DNA of 64,000 nucleotides from an uncultured Clostridia bacterium (GCA_947581895.1 CANPWE010000003.1:3005-67004); one strand, 5' to 3'; positions 19,338-29,506 are shown, counted from the stretch's first letter. Notes: generated from the sequence alone by a model not told the origin. Translations and numbers: made by a program.

Positions 19338-19714
19338 CAGCTTTGCACCTCCTGAAACAGATTCAATTGCTCATCTTGTTTTTCCTCAACAACTTTTTCT
19401 TCTGTCTTTTTAATTGTTTCAGTAGGTTTAGGTGGCATAACTTTTTTCTCTATTAATCCTAATTCTTCATTACTTTTACTAAAATAAGAAACAGCCCATA
19501 AATAAACAACATTATCCATAATCATTGCTACATTATTTTTTTGTTGTTTTCTTGCTTTGTCACATATAAATTTGTACATTTGCTTTATAGACTTTTCCTC
19601 ATTATTAAACTTTTCATATAAATCTGTTCTTGTTTTTAAATATTCAAAAACCGCTGAAATACTTGGATTATTCATATCAGCTACTTCCATTTCTAATTTT
19701 TCAATTCCTTCCAT
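19337..19714 (-). CDS. hypothetical protein
   Basis: 125-aa ORF in the co-directional operon-like array. ggaggctag RBS. Confidence 0.45.
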   Translation of the reverse strand: MEGIEKLEMEVADMNNPSISAVFEYLKTRTDLYEKFNNEEKSIKQMYKFICDKARKQQKNNVAMIMDNVVYLWAVSYFSKSNEELGLIEKKVMPPKPTETIKKTEEKVVEEKQDEQLNLFQEVQS

Positions 19715-19716
19715 TT

Positions 19717-20394
19717 TTAACTAGCCTCCTTAATTCTCTTAAATCTTGTATATAATTCATCCTGCGATTCCTTTTGCATGTATCTTTTATAATTTCCAAG
19801 TCCATATTTTCTTATTTTTTCCTGCCTCTCTTTTTCAACCATTACTAATAGTTCATCAAGTTCATCATAATTAAAAAAATAGGAAACAAGGTTATCCCTA
19901 TTAACAACCTTATCTCCCTTATAATCTTTTAACACATTAAATCTGTAATGGTACTTTTTCTTTCCATTGTGGTCAGCAATTCGTATTCCACAAGATAATC
20001 CATAATCTAGTTTTAAATAAATTGAACTTGTAGAATGAGAATTATATCTGTGTACTATGAACTTTTTCTCTACTAGCTTAGGTATTAGAATATTTGCGAC
20101 ATCATTGCCTTTTAGATTAGCCATATACACTACTTTGAGCATTGATTTTGTAAATTTCATGTAGCTCTCTCTATCAATTTTGTGTTCTATTGTTTTTAAA
20201 TATGGCTTAATATCTTCAACTTTTTCTTCAGGAATATTTATCTCAGATACTCTTGCAATTCTGTCTCCACCAATCGTTGGTGCAATTACAAAATCTCCAA
20301 CTTTTACATCTACTGCTGTGTAATATTTATATGATTTTCCTGTAAAAGTTTTTGGATTTATTTTATCTTCATACTTAACACTAATAACCTCCAT
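19717..20394 (-). CDS. hypothetical protein
   Basis: 225-aa ORF. aggagtaagagg RBS. Confidence 0.5.
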   Translation of the reverse strand: MEVISVKYEDKINPKTFTGKSYKYYTAVDVKVGDFVIAPTIGGDRIARVSEINIPEEKVEDIKPYLKTIEHKIDRESYMKFTKSMLKVVYMANLKGNDVANILIPKLVEKKFIVHRYNSHSTSSIYLKLDYGLSCGIRIADHNGKKKYHYRFNVLKDYKGDKVVNRDNLVSYFFNYDELDELLVMVEKERQEKIRKYGLGNYKRYMQKESQDELYTRFKRIKEAS

Positions 20395-20411
20395 TTTCCT
20401 CTTACTCCTTC

Positions 20412-20819
20412 TTATGTTTCAATTATTTCAAATTGCTTTACTGTTATTTTGATATTATCAGTATCTGTATCCATTTCATAAGCATAAAACTCTGCAATAT
20501 CTGCTATTACATTATAAATATCTTCTATTGTGCATTCTTCTTTAACATCATGTTTTTGATTGAAAAGTATTCTATCTGGATAATTTCTTAAACTGACTTT
20601 TAATTGCATTTTTACCCTTGCCTGATTATTATAATGTTTGCCATCTATAAATAGATTTTTGGTACATTCTCGTTTGATTTCGCCTGTACTTTTAATACTG
20701 CTATCTATTTTTTCTATGAAGTTATCTATTAGATGATTAAGAGTTATGCTTGAACCTTGCATAACTCCATCTGTATAATGCCAATAGAAATCACATTTAC
20801 TTGTTCCTTTTAATTTCAT
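20412..20819 (-). CDS. hypothetical protein
   Basis: 135-aa ORF. aggaggatttgc RBS. Occupies the position where rpsR would follow ssb in a chromosomal rpsF-ssb-rpsR operon, but is not S18-like. Confidence 0.5.
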   Translation of the reverse strand: MKLKGTSKCDFYWHYTDGVMQGSSITLNHLIDNFIEKIDSSIKSTGEIKRECTKNLFIDGKHYNNQARVKMQLKVSLRNYPDRILFNQKHDVKEECTIEDIYNVIADIAEFYAYEMDTDTDNIKITVKQFEIIET

Positions 20820-20840
20820 ATTTGCAAATCCTCCTTATGA

Positions 20841-21260
20841 TTAAAATGGCAAATCATCTGACTCCAATGTGCTTTCTGTATTAGTTGTAACTACTCCTGT
20901 TGAACCTCCAAACACATTAGGTGCTACATTGTTATCTTTTTTATTACTATCTGCAAAATCTATTTCTTCAGCAATTATTTCTGTTGCATATCGTTTTTGA
21001 CCATTTGCATCGTCCCATACTCTCGTTTGTATTCTACCAGTAAGACAAATTTGCATTCCTTTGTCTAAATATTTTTCCACAAACTCTGCAAGTTTTGCAT
21101 AAGCAATAATATTGATAAAATCAGCTTGTCTTTCTTCTCCTTCTTTAACATACTTCCTATTTACAGCTAGAGTAAAACTAGCCACCTTTGTGTTATTTGC
21201 TTGTGATAACCTAATTTCTGGTTTCTTTGTTAATCTTCCTAATAATATTGATTTATTCAT
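20841..21260 (-). CDS. ssb: single-stranded DNA-binding protein
   Basis: OB-fold N-terminus MNKSILLGRLTKKPEIR...FTLAVNR and the acidic tail ending DDLPF. Start taken at the internal Met (MNKS), not the ORF-track Met. Confidence 0.85.
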   Translation of the reverse strand: MNKSILLGRLTKKPEIRLSQANNTKVASFTLAVNRKYVKEGEERQADFINIIAYAKLAEFVEKYLDKGMQICLTGRIQTRVWDDANGQKRYATEIIAEEIDFADSNKKDNNVAPNVFGGSTGVVTTNTESTLESDDLPF

Positions 21261-21276
21261 AATTTTTTCTTCCTTT

Positions 21277-21561
21277 CTATTTATCAACCTTTATAGTCAT
21301 ATATTTAATAACCTCATCTGTAATTCTATATTGCCTTTCTAATTCACTTACGCAATCTACGTTTGAATTAAAATTAATTACATAGTAATAAGCTTCATTT
21401 TCTTTTTTTACTTCATAGGCCAACTTTCTTTTTCCAAATTCTTCAATTTTATTAATTGTTCCATTTTCATTTAACAACTTTACAAATTTCTCAAAAGCAT
21501 TCTTTCTTGCCTCATCATCAACCTTTCCACTTAAAATCATTATTGTTTCATAATTATTCAT
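21277..21561 (-). CDS. rpsF: ribosomal protein bS6 homolog
   Basis: MNNYETIMILSGKVDDE...FGKRKLAYEV...YYYVINF...ELERQYRITDEVIKY aligns along its full length with bacterial S6 (compare B. subtilis MRKYEVMYIIRPNIDEE...WGKRRLAYEI...). Confidence 0.75.
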   Translation of the reverse strand: MNNYETIMILSGKVDDEARKNAFEKFVKLLNENGTINKIEEFGKRKLAYEVKKENEAYYYVINFNSNVDCVSELERQYRITDEVIKYMTIKVDK

Positions 21562-21583
21562 AATCTTTTCCTACCTTTCATTT

Positions 21584-22000
21584 TTATGCTGCTATTCCAA
21601 ACACTTCATATTTGTTATGTTCAGCATTTTTCCTTTTTAAATCTCTAATACTTGAATAATATTCTTCAAGATATTCATCCTTATATTTATCAACCTTTTT
21701 CTGATGTTTCTTTAATTTAAACATGTTACTATACTTTCTAAATTCCTTTTTGTTTAGTGAAACTAAACGGTTATTTTTAGTTGAAACTATAATAAATGTT
21801 CCAAGTAAAATATTACCTCCATATATTCTGTTAAAATCATCAATTCTAGCATTCTTATTTCCTATCATCATCGTGTTTTCATTTAATTTCATGCTATATA
21901 ACTCATCTCCTATAAATGATTTAATAAACTTTAAATTACCTGGAATTCTTTTTACTTCTGTTTCTCTTCCTGGCACTACTAATAAAACTTTAATTTTCAT
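21584..22000 (-). CDS. DUF3846-family protein (conjugative leading-region associated)
   Basis: MKIKVLLVVPGRETEVKRIPGNLKFIKSFIGDE...GNILLGTFIIV matches the DUF3846 N-terminal pattern (MK.LLIEPGK.P..IEI...L..LQ). Confidence 0.55.
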   Translation of the reverse strand: MKIKVLLVVPGRETEVKRIPGNLKFIKSFIGDELYSMKLNENTMMIGNKNARIDDFNRIYGGNILLGTFIIVSTKNNRLVSLNKKEFRKYSNMFKLKKHQKKVDKYKDEYLEEYYSSIRDLKRKNAEHNKYEVFGIAA

Positions 22001-22060
22001 ATGTGTTTCCTTCCTTCTTAAAAAATATTAGAAAAAGACAGATTTCTCTGCCTTCTTCGA

Positions 22061-23860
22061 TTATGCTGCTTGTAGCTCAGCATCCTTATTTAATTCAGTT
22101 TTTATAACTGTAAATTTACCACTATTACCATCTGCAATTTTTAATGAATCTCCTTTTGATACTTGTGCAATAATTAATTGTGTATCTTTCGCATAATCCT
22201 CTATAAAGTCATAATCTGCACAACTTTCATAGTCGTCTATAAATATTGGAAAATTCACTTTACTTATTTTGTTAAACATATTTGCAAATTCTAATGCAGT
22301 TGCAATAGTTTCAGACCTCGATAAGTCTGATAGTGGATGTCCTTTGTATTCAATTACAAAATCCTCCTTGATTTCTCCAGTTGTTTTTAGAACTGAATAG
22401 AACTTAACATCAACATCCTTTAAGTACTCTTTTGCAAGTTTCATTTTTTCTTCAATATAAGCAATATAGAGCTTTTGTGCTACTTTTTTAGCTTTGTATA
22501 AATTGTCAATTATATTCCTTTGTGCTATTTTTTCCTTTTTAAATTTTAGTATATCGTTTCTGGCATTTTCCATTTGCATTATTTGCATATCAATTTGGCC
22601 ATTAAACTTTTCAATCTCCAACTTTTCATTCTCTAATCGCCTAATATCATCTTGAACAACTGTAATTCTTTTTGATTTTTCTATTGTTGCACTTCCTTCT
22701 AATGAGTGAAATTTACATCTCTCCATTGTAAATTTAAATTTCAAATCCTTAATAGTCGCTTCAAGCAAATTTCTTCTATCAAAGAAACCCTCTAATTCCG
22801 TTTTCATGTTTTTTACTGTTTTCATTTTGCTTTCATCAGCTATTGTTTGCTCACATGTAGGACATTTTGAACAAGCTCCATTTTTTATTGATAAATACAC
22901 CTGTTTTCCTTTTTTCATTTTTGTATCTAATTCATTAAATTCATTTTCCTTAACAAGAATATCTTTTTCAAGTCTTTCAACTACTTCCTTTTGTTTCTCC
23001 TTATCTACTATGTCTTGATTTGTAGTTAAAAACGATAGTTCTTGCCTTGCAAGAGTGAGCTCTTCCTCTTTTTCAAATGTTTTCTTTTGAGGTAATTCAT
23101 CTGTTATAAATTTATCTGCATATCCAATCTTTCCATCTAATGTAGAAATTAATGTTTCTGCCCTTTTTATCTCTCCATTCAAGTCATTTACATATGTTGG
23201 TACATCATTTGGCATTCCTTCTAAAATGTTTTGTTCATCTCTACTTAAATTGTTATATGCTATATCCATACATATATTAAACATATTGAAATTTACAAAT
23301 CTTGTTTGTTCTTCTTCAGTTAATTCATTAAAGATTTTGTCCTGTTCCTTATAATATTTTTCAAGAAGTAAATTCTGTTCATTTGTACTTAATCTATCAA
23401 AAATTTCTTTTGGCTTTATGTCTGATAAATACTTATCCACCAGTTCCTTTTGGTCTGCTGGCTTCTTGCTTAAGAAGTATAATGGATTGATTATTGATAA
23501 AAATAATTTTTTATCTTTATAAAAGCTAGTTAATTCAGCTTGTGTTACTGGCTTACCATCTAACAATAATACATTTCCTTTATTATCAAATCTGTTTTTA
23601 CTTCTGATTATTGTATGCTGCATTCCAGTATTATCTGTAAATCTCATTTCACCATAAGATGTATCGCAATTTTTATTTATTAAACATTGTTTTTCATCTC
23701 CACTTAAATTAGTTCCTAGCAAAATATTTATAATTGCATATAAAATATTACTTTTACCAGACCTATTTTTTCCAGTTATTTTTGTAATGTCATATAAATC
23801 TGTCTCAAATATTTCTTTGTGACTTCTAAATCCTTTTGTTTTAATATAATCTATCTTCAT
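22061..23860 (-). CDS. SbcC/Rad50-like AAA ATPase with zinc hook
   Basis: N-terminal Walker A GKNRSGKSNILYAI in the RecF/SMC_N context. Coiled coil with CSKCPTCEQ. C-terminal Walker B FPIFIDDYESCAD. Confidence 0.65.
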   Translation of the reverse strand: MKIDYIKTKGFRSHKEIFETDLYDITKITGKNRSGKSNILYAIINILLGTNLSGDEKQCLINKNCDTSYGEMRFTDNTGMQHTIIRSKNRFDNKGNVLLLDGKPVTQAELTSFYKDKKLFLSIINPLYFLSKKPADQKELVDKYLSDIKPKEIFDRLSTNEQNLLLEKYYKEQDKIFNELTEEEQTRFVNFNMFNICMDIAYNNLSRDEQNILEGMPNDVPTYVNDLNGEIKRAETLISTLDGKIGYADKFITDELPQKKTFEKEEELTLARQELSFLTTNQDIVDKEKQKEVVERLEKDILVKENEFNELDTKMKKGKQVYLSIKNGACSKCPTCEQTIADESKMKTVKNMKTELEGFFDRRNLLEATIKDLKFKFTMERCKFHSLEGSATIEKSKRITVVQDDIRRLENEKLEIEKFNGQIDMQIMQMENARNDILKFKKEKIAQRNIIDNLYKAKKVAQKLYIAYIEEKMKLAKEYLKDVDVKFYSVLKTTGEIKEDFVIEYKGHPLSDLSRSETIATALEFANMFNKISKVNFPIFIDDYESCADYDFIEDYAKDTQLIIAQVSKGDSLKIADGNSGKFTVIKTELNKDAELQAA

Positions 23861-24117
23861 CTTTTCATTCTCCTTTTTTTAGAATATGGTTTACGTATGT
23901 CTTCTGGCGAAAACCAATCTTCTTTACCATTTTTGAATCTAACAAGATAGTCCTTATAATAGGGATCTCGTTCAACAATCATTCCTGGTACATTTTTATA
24001 AAAATCTCCATTTTCTTTTCCGTATCCACATACATAAACTTTATTATTAACCTTAAATTCGTAATTCATTTTGTATGTTTCTCCTTTTTCAAAATTTTTT
24101 TCATTCAGTATTGACAT
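23857..24117 (-). CDS. hypothetical protein
   Basis: 86-aa ORF overlapping the downstream gene start by 4 nt (coupled). Confidence 0.4.
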   Translation of the reverse strand: MSILNEKNFEKGETYKMNYEFKVNNKVYVCGYGKENGDFYKNVPGMIVERDPYYKDYLVRFKNGKEDWFSPEDIRKPYSKKRRMKR

Positions 24118-24191
24118 TTTTATATTCTTTTGCTTATAATAATTACATAGAATAAAATGAGTAGTATAAATACCGACTTTCCAAATAGGTT

Positions 24192-25355
24192 TTATGCTAC
24201 ATTTTTTTTGACCAATTTTTGTACATATTCAAGTTTTATTGCAAATTTTACATTTCCTAATTGCTTAATATCCATTTTCACTAATGTTCCTAATTCACAA
24301 TTTGCAAGTTCTTCTGAATCTTCAGGTCTAATACATATTTGACACATTTGGTCATTTATATCTGCGAACTCTCCTACTAAATATTCCTTTTCATCTCCAT
24401 TTTTCATTTTTACTTTTTTATAAAATGTTTTAATTAAACCGTAAACATTATCAAAACTTTCTTTTGGAGCTTCTTTTGTCTGTTCTGCAGAATTTCCTTT
24501 TTTTGTTTTAGTATCTGCCTTTGTATCATTTTGTACTTGATTTGTTCCTTTTTTGTTTGTATCTTTTGAAACTCTTGTTTTACTTGTAGCTTTCTTCTTT
24601 TCTGTTTCAGCAGTATTTAATACTTGTGTAACAGGTATGTTTTCCTCGATTTCTATACGTTCTGTTACTACTTTATCCACAATTTCACTATTTTCTGTGG
24701 ATAAATATGCTTTATTCTCTGTTGTTTCTGGAATTTGATTTGTTTGAATAAAATCCTCTTTTTTCAAAATATCTAAGACATAATTATTGAAAGTATTACC
24801 TAAGCTGTTTGTTTGAACTTTTTGTTTTAAACATAAGGTATAAAATCCTTTTGCAGAAATCCCCTGCATTTTTATGAAATCAAAATAATTTTGTAAAATA
24901 TTAATTGATGTTTGACCTGTAACTTTCATTAAGAAAACTCTATCTTTACATACATTTGGAACTAAAAATTTAAACCATCCTACTCTGTTACATGCAGATT
25001 TTCCATTTTCATTCTTTTGTCTGTACGGACAATTTGAGTTACATTCAATTTTTTGCCAACCATTTTTTGTTTTTTCTGTTGCAGTATTTGACTCAATATT
25101 ACATGAACACACTTCTCCCATTTTGTTATACCTTGAATATTTAACTGTAAAAGGTTCTTCATTAAAAACATAAATATCAACACTTTGCTTTCCTTTATAT
25201 AAATTGTTAAATTTATCAAGATGCGGTTGCATTAATTCATCTTTAGTCTTTCCAATGAAATACCCTAATTCCTTTACTCTTTTTGCTTTTTCATCTACAA
25301 TACCATGTTGCACCATACCAACAATTGGTAAATTTACATATCTTGTACTTTCCAT
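24192..25355 (-). CDS. hypothetical protein with Cys-cluster N-domain and K/T/E-rich low-complexity linker
   Basis: 387 aa. CSCN...CNSNCPYRQ...ACNRVGW cluster. No family recognised. Confidence 0.45.
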   Translation of the reverse strand: MESTRYVNLPIVGMVQHGIVDEKAKRVKELGYFIGKTKDELMQPHLDKFNNLYKGKQSVDIYVFNEEPFTVKYSRYNKMGEVCSCNIESNTATEKTKNGWQKIECNSNCPYRQKNENGKSACNRVGWFKFLVPNVCKDRVFLMKVTGQTSINILQNYFDFIKMQGISAKGFYTLCLKQKVQTNSLGNTFNNYVLDILKKEDFIQTNQIPETTENKAYLSTENSEIVDKVVTERIEIEENIPVTQVLNTAETEKKKATSKTRVSKDTNKKGTNQVQNDTKADTKTKKGNSAEQTKEAPKESFDNVYGLIKTFYKKVKMKNGDEKEYLVGEFADINDQMCQICIRPEDSEELANCELGTLVKMDIKQLGNVKFAIKLEYVQKLVKKNVA

Positions 25356-25375
25356 TCTCTTTTCCTACCTTTCCT

Positions 25376-25738
25376 TTATGCCACTACTAATTCATCTACT
25401 TCGTAACTTAATTCTTTAATTTTATCAAAATTTAAACTATAAACTGGATAAATAGAATTATTTACTGGGCATATTCCTGTTTGTTCCTTTAAAATTCCTA
25501 ATTCCTTTAGTTGAGGTACAAAAGTTGTGTTATATAAACAATCAACAACTATATCATTTTTATTAATCTCCCAACTATTTTGGTCTAATGTAATGTCTGT
25601 AAAGTGTACCATTTCCTCTGTATCTGAATCAACTCCAAATAAACTTAATTGTAAAGTTCCATTCACGTAATTTGAAATGTGTATAAAACAATTTTCAAAT
25701 ACCTTTTCATAAAATTCAAAACTAAAACCACTTTTCAT
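25376..25738 (-). CDS. hypothetical protein
   Basis: 120-aa ORF. aggagattttaatt RBS. Confidence 0.45.
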   Translation of the reverse strand: MKSGFSFEFYEKVFENCFIHISNYVNGTLQLSLFGVDSDTEEMVHFTDITLDQNSWEINKNDIVVDCLYNTTFVPQLKELGILKEQTGICPVNNSIYPVYSLNFDKIKELSYEVDELVVA

Positions 25739-26164
25739 AATTAAAATCTCCTTTGTATATTATTTTTGTGTAAAAGATTTTTTTGATTAACAGTCCTCCT
25801 TTCCTTGATTTTTGGGCAAAAAAAGAGAAAGTAATTTGTTTTAAGTAAGGGGGCTTACTTAAAATTTTACTTTCTTCTTATTTTTTGGCACAACAAATAA
25901 ACCTATGTTATTTAATGAGCCTTAATCCCATTTTTTGCTGCATACTTAAATGCAGATACGCCACTGCTATCTATAATTATAGCAGCTATGCCATAAGTCA
26001 TTACTTTATTTTTTGCATTTTAGCAATTTTATAAAATAATTCTTATGGGAAGCTATAGAGTTTACTCTATAACCCAATCTTTATACACACCCATATTATA
26101 CATTGCTTTTTTCTTAATTTCAATAACTACGGTCAAAAAAATTTTTTGGTTGATTTTTAGGCAT

Positions 26165-26494
26165 TTATTGGCATTTCTTGTATGCATTTTTATAATTTTC
26201 TTTTTTATTTATTTCAGTTCTAATCTTTTCATCTCTTTGCATTTTTATAACTATCTCCTTCTGTCTAGGAGATGCCAAATAATCTCTAAACAAATTGAAT
26301 AATATAGCACGAGTCTCTGGTAATAACTTTTGTTCTTGCAAAGTCTTTTCTTCATCTAATTCAAATGTATAATCCTTATTTCTGTTTTCACATATTGCTT
26401 CAATTACTTCATTTGGAATTTTTGCTTTATCATTCTCATCTAAATACTTAAGAATTTCATAAACTTCTGAATATGCATCTTTAAAATTATACAT
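26165..26494 (-). CDS. hypothetical protein
   Basis: 109 aa. Start overlaps/abuts the stop of the 809-aa gene. Confidence 0.45.
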   Translation of the reverse strand: MYNFKDAYSEVYEILKYLDENDKAKIPNEVIEAICENRNKDYTFELDEEKTLQEQKLLPETRAILFNLFRDYLASPRQKEIVIKMQRDEKIRTEINKKENYKNAYKKCQ

Positions 26495-26495
26495 T

Positions 26496-28925
26496 TTATA
26501 TCACCCCTTTATTAGGTTCTTTTATTCTAGTATTTAAATCTCTTTGAGCTGCTTCACAAATTTCGACAGGTGTACCAAACCCTGCTTTTCCAACATCATT
26601 TCCATCGAATACATGCTGTCTTTCCAAAGAAATTCCCATTTTCAATAATTGCTGTACTTGTTCTTGTGTTGGTGCATCTTTATAACTTGCTACTCCTCTA
26701 TATGCTCCTGCAATTTGTTTTTTCAATGAGCCTATATGTATAGTTGGATCAATTCTAGCATTTATCAGCTGTTCTGTTGTTATATCAGATTTTCTTGCTA
26801 AATCCCTTATAGTAAAGTTACCATCCATAGTAATTTTAGTAACATCTACATTTATGTCTCTTAATCGTTCCAGTAAATCTATAAATTTTTCAGTTCCTGT
26901 ACGTGTATCTGCCTTAACTTTAATTCCCATTTTTTCTAGCGATTCTAACTGTTCATCTGATAACCATGTTCCTTTTTTACGACAAGCTTGTTTTACTTTT
27001 TTTACTATTTTATCAATAGGAACATTTTCGTATTCTTCTACATTTTTTATATAAAATCCAATCCTATCCATATATTGCTTAAGAGTTTCATCTTTTTTTG
27101 TTTTGAAGATATATAAACCCTTTTTACTTAACATTTCTAACAAACGTATATCTTGTTTATTACTTCTACCTCTTGATGGATTTTCAATATTTATTCCAAG
27201 CTCTTCTAGTTGTTGTATTTGTAATTTTGAAGGTTTAGCATTTCTTCCAATATCTCTATTGGCACTTCTAACACTGTGAAGTATATAACCAATTGGTTCA
27301 TCAGGATTTAATCCAATGCTTCTTACAAAATCATCTGTTTTATATGATTGTTTAGCTATTTTACCAATTGTAGAAAAAGAAGTTATATTTGATACATCAA
27401 TACCGTTTTCCTGTAATAATTTCATCTTTCCAATAAATCTTTTAACAAGTTGTGATTCTTCTAAATCAATTCCTAACCTTGCTATTTCTTCTACTTCCTC
27501 TTTAGTTGGTCTTGAGAATTTTGAATTACTTCTTCCTTTATAACTACTTGCTAAATTTCCTTTTATTTTTCCTATCTGATATTTTGGACTAAAGCCAAGT
27601 TTTTCAACTAATTCAACACTTTTTTCTGATTTTGAAAGCAATGTTTCAAAAGTATCTGATGGAGAAATTTCTGTAATATCAACTCCATTTTCTTTTAACA
27701 CTTTCATAACCATAATAAAATCTTGTGCTGTTTCTATTCTACGTTTTATTTTTCTAGGTTTAGGTTCTGTTTTTTTCTTTTTTTGCGTTTTTCTTTTAAC
27801 TTTCTGTGCTTTTTCCTTCTTCTTTTCTAATTTTTCTTTTCTTTTTCTATCTTGTTCTGCTTTGGCTTCAAGTTTTCTTTTTCTTTTTTCCTCTGCTTCT
27901 TGCAATCTTTTTTGTTTTTCTAATTCTCTTTGCTTACGTTTTTCTTCTCTTGCAATTCTAGCATTTTGTTTTGCTATAAGTTCTTGCTTTGCCTTTTCAC
28001 TTTTTACCTTAATTTCTTTATATAAATCTAATCCTAATTCAACAATTTCTTTTTCCTGTTTTTCTGTTGGTCTTACTCCGCTCTTTTTTCCTCTATAAAC
28101 TTGTCTAATATCTATAAACTTTTTTCCAATCTTATCATTTGGGCTAAAATGTAAACCTTTCGTTCCGTCTAACCTATCTATTAATTTCTCATCAATATTA
28201 GATTTTCTTAGTAAATCTATTAATTCATCTTCTGATGCTAATAAAGAAACTTGAACTCCATTATCCTTTAACAATTTCATTTTTTCAATGAAATCTTGTA
28301 TTGTATCTCTTCTATGCTTAACAATATTTTTGCTTTTTCTAGTTTCAGGCAAATCAACTAAAACCTCAAATTTTAAACCTAACTTTCTTAATTCTTCTAT
28401 TTGTTGAACAGTTGGCAAATTTCCCTGAATTTTTCCTCTACACAATTGGGTAATAGCACTCTTCTTTTTACCAATTCTGTCGTCATATTCTAAATTTAAT
28501 TCATCTATTAAATCAGGACTTAGGTTTGATTTATCAACAACTAATTTCCATACTGTATCATTTATAGATAATAAATCTGTTCTTACTCCATGTGCTGCTA
28601 ACAATTTCATTTTATCAACGAAAATTTGAATAGTATCTTCTCTTTCAAATTTTAATCCCATCTTTTCTAACATCTCTCTGTCTTCTTCTGACGGAACCCT
28701 AACTGCATTTGATGGTCTGTATGCTGATTTTAATCTAATTATTTTACTACCAATTTTATCAAATCTGTTGTCTAGCTCAAATGATTGAACTGGAATATTA
28801 TATTGTTCTGCTAAACTTTGTAGAGTATCAGTATTTTTAATTTCATTAATTGGTATTCCCATATTATACAATTTTTTTATAGCATCTATTAATTCTTCCA
28901 AACTTACTTGTTTTAATTTTTCCAT
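26496..28925 (-). CDS. large repeat protein with five or more helicase-associated (HA)-like domains and a central K/E-rich coiled coil
   Basis: Five ~100-aa repeats, each with a (V/I)xxFIxKMKLLxxxGVxV...(I/L)xxLxKxS block followed by (I/Q)IGKxK...YRGK...PTxxQxxEIxxLG(L/I)xxE. Central EEKRKQRELEKQKRLQEAEEKRKRK stretch. Confidence 0.6.
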   Translation of the reverse strand: MEKLKQVSLEELIDAIKKLYNMGIPINEIKNTDTLQSLAEQYNIPVQSFELDNRFDKIGSKIIRLKSAYRPSNAVRVPSEEDREMLEKMGLKFEREDTIQIFVDKMKLLAAHGVRTDLLSINDTVWKLVVDKSNLSPDLIDELNLEYDDRIGKKKSAITQLCRGKIQGNLPTVQQIEELRKLGLKFEVLVDLPETRKSKNIVKHRRDTIQDFIEKMKLLKDNGVQVSLLASEDELIDLLRKSNIDEKLIDRLDGTKGLHFSPNDKIGKKFIDIRQVYRGKKSGVRPTEKQEKEIVELGLDLYKEIKVKSEKAKQELIAKQNARIAREEKRKQRELEKQKRLQEAEEKRKRKLEAKAEQDRKRKEKLEKKKEKAQKVKRKTQKKKKTEPKPRKIKRRIETAQDFIMVMKVLKENGVDITEISPSDTFETLLSKSEKSVELVEKLGFSPKYQIGKIKGNLASSYKGRSNSKFSRPTKEEVEEIARLGIDLEESQLVKRFIGKMKLLQENGIDVSNITSFSTIGKIAKQSYKTDDFVRSIGLNPDEPIGYILHSVRSANRDIGRNAKPSKLQIQQLEELGINIENPSRGRSNKQDIRLLEMLSKKGLYIFKTKKDETLKQYMDRIGFYIKNVEEYENVPIDKIVKKVKQACRKKGTWLSDEQLESLEKMGIKVKADTRTGTEKFIDLLERLRDINVDVTKITMDGNFTIRDLARKSDITTEQLINARIDPTIHIGSLKKQIAGAYRGVASYKDAPTQEQVQQLLKMGISLERQHVFDGNDVGKAGFGTPVEICEAAQRDLNTRIKEPNKGVI

Positions 28926-29191
28926 ACTGAACGCCTCCTTAACAATATTGTTTACCTTTTATGTATATCATTTATATTATACAATATTTTTCGCATTTTT
29001 TCAACTTTTCGAATTTTATTTAAAGAATTTCAACTTTTATTTTTCAAAAAGTTCTACATCTCTTTAATACCAATAGTTACAGCCTACAAAAAATATTTTC
29101 TTTCAACGTTCCTTTTTTCAAATAATCTCTGTAAAATTATATATATAACCTGCAACAAGCAGAAAAGTAAACAAAAAGGAGATTGATAATT

Positions 29192-29506
29192 ATGGAAGAT
29201 TATAACGGAATAATTGACTTTCTTTTTCAAAAGAAAGATGAAGAAGGACTAATTGAATATAAAAGTCCAGAAGCTAATAAGTATTATAAGGACACGCAAA
29301 AGAATTTTAAGAATCTTATGAGATTTATCAATAAAGAAATACCTCAACCTAAAAGGGGAAAAATAATTCATTTATTCAAACTTTTCAATTCATCTGCGGA
29401 AAATTATAGGCAGGCAGAAAATGCTCTTTGCTATAAAGGTGGCTTTGGAGATGGCATAATGACAATATATGAAATATTACCATCTGAAATAAAAGATGCA
29501 GAATAA
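29192..29506 (+). CDS. hypothetical protein
   Basis: ATG at 29192 preceded by aaaggagattg. The ORF-track start at 29183 is a TTG. Confidence 0.45.
   Translation: MEDYNGIIDFLFQKKDEEGLIEYKSPEANKYYKDTQKNFKNLMRFINKEIPQPKRGKIIHLFKLFNSSAENYRQAENALCYKGGFGDGIMTIYEILPSEIKDAE

Noticed and set aside
25739-26164. Possible small gene or CRISPR-like repeats in the 425-bp gap of the minus-strand array
   Set aside because: Only short hairpins (aagtaagggggcttactt, ctgcatacttaaatgcag) and no regular repeat/spacer periodicity. Interpreted as an internal promoter/terminator region.
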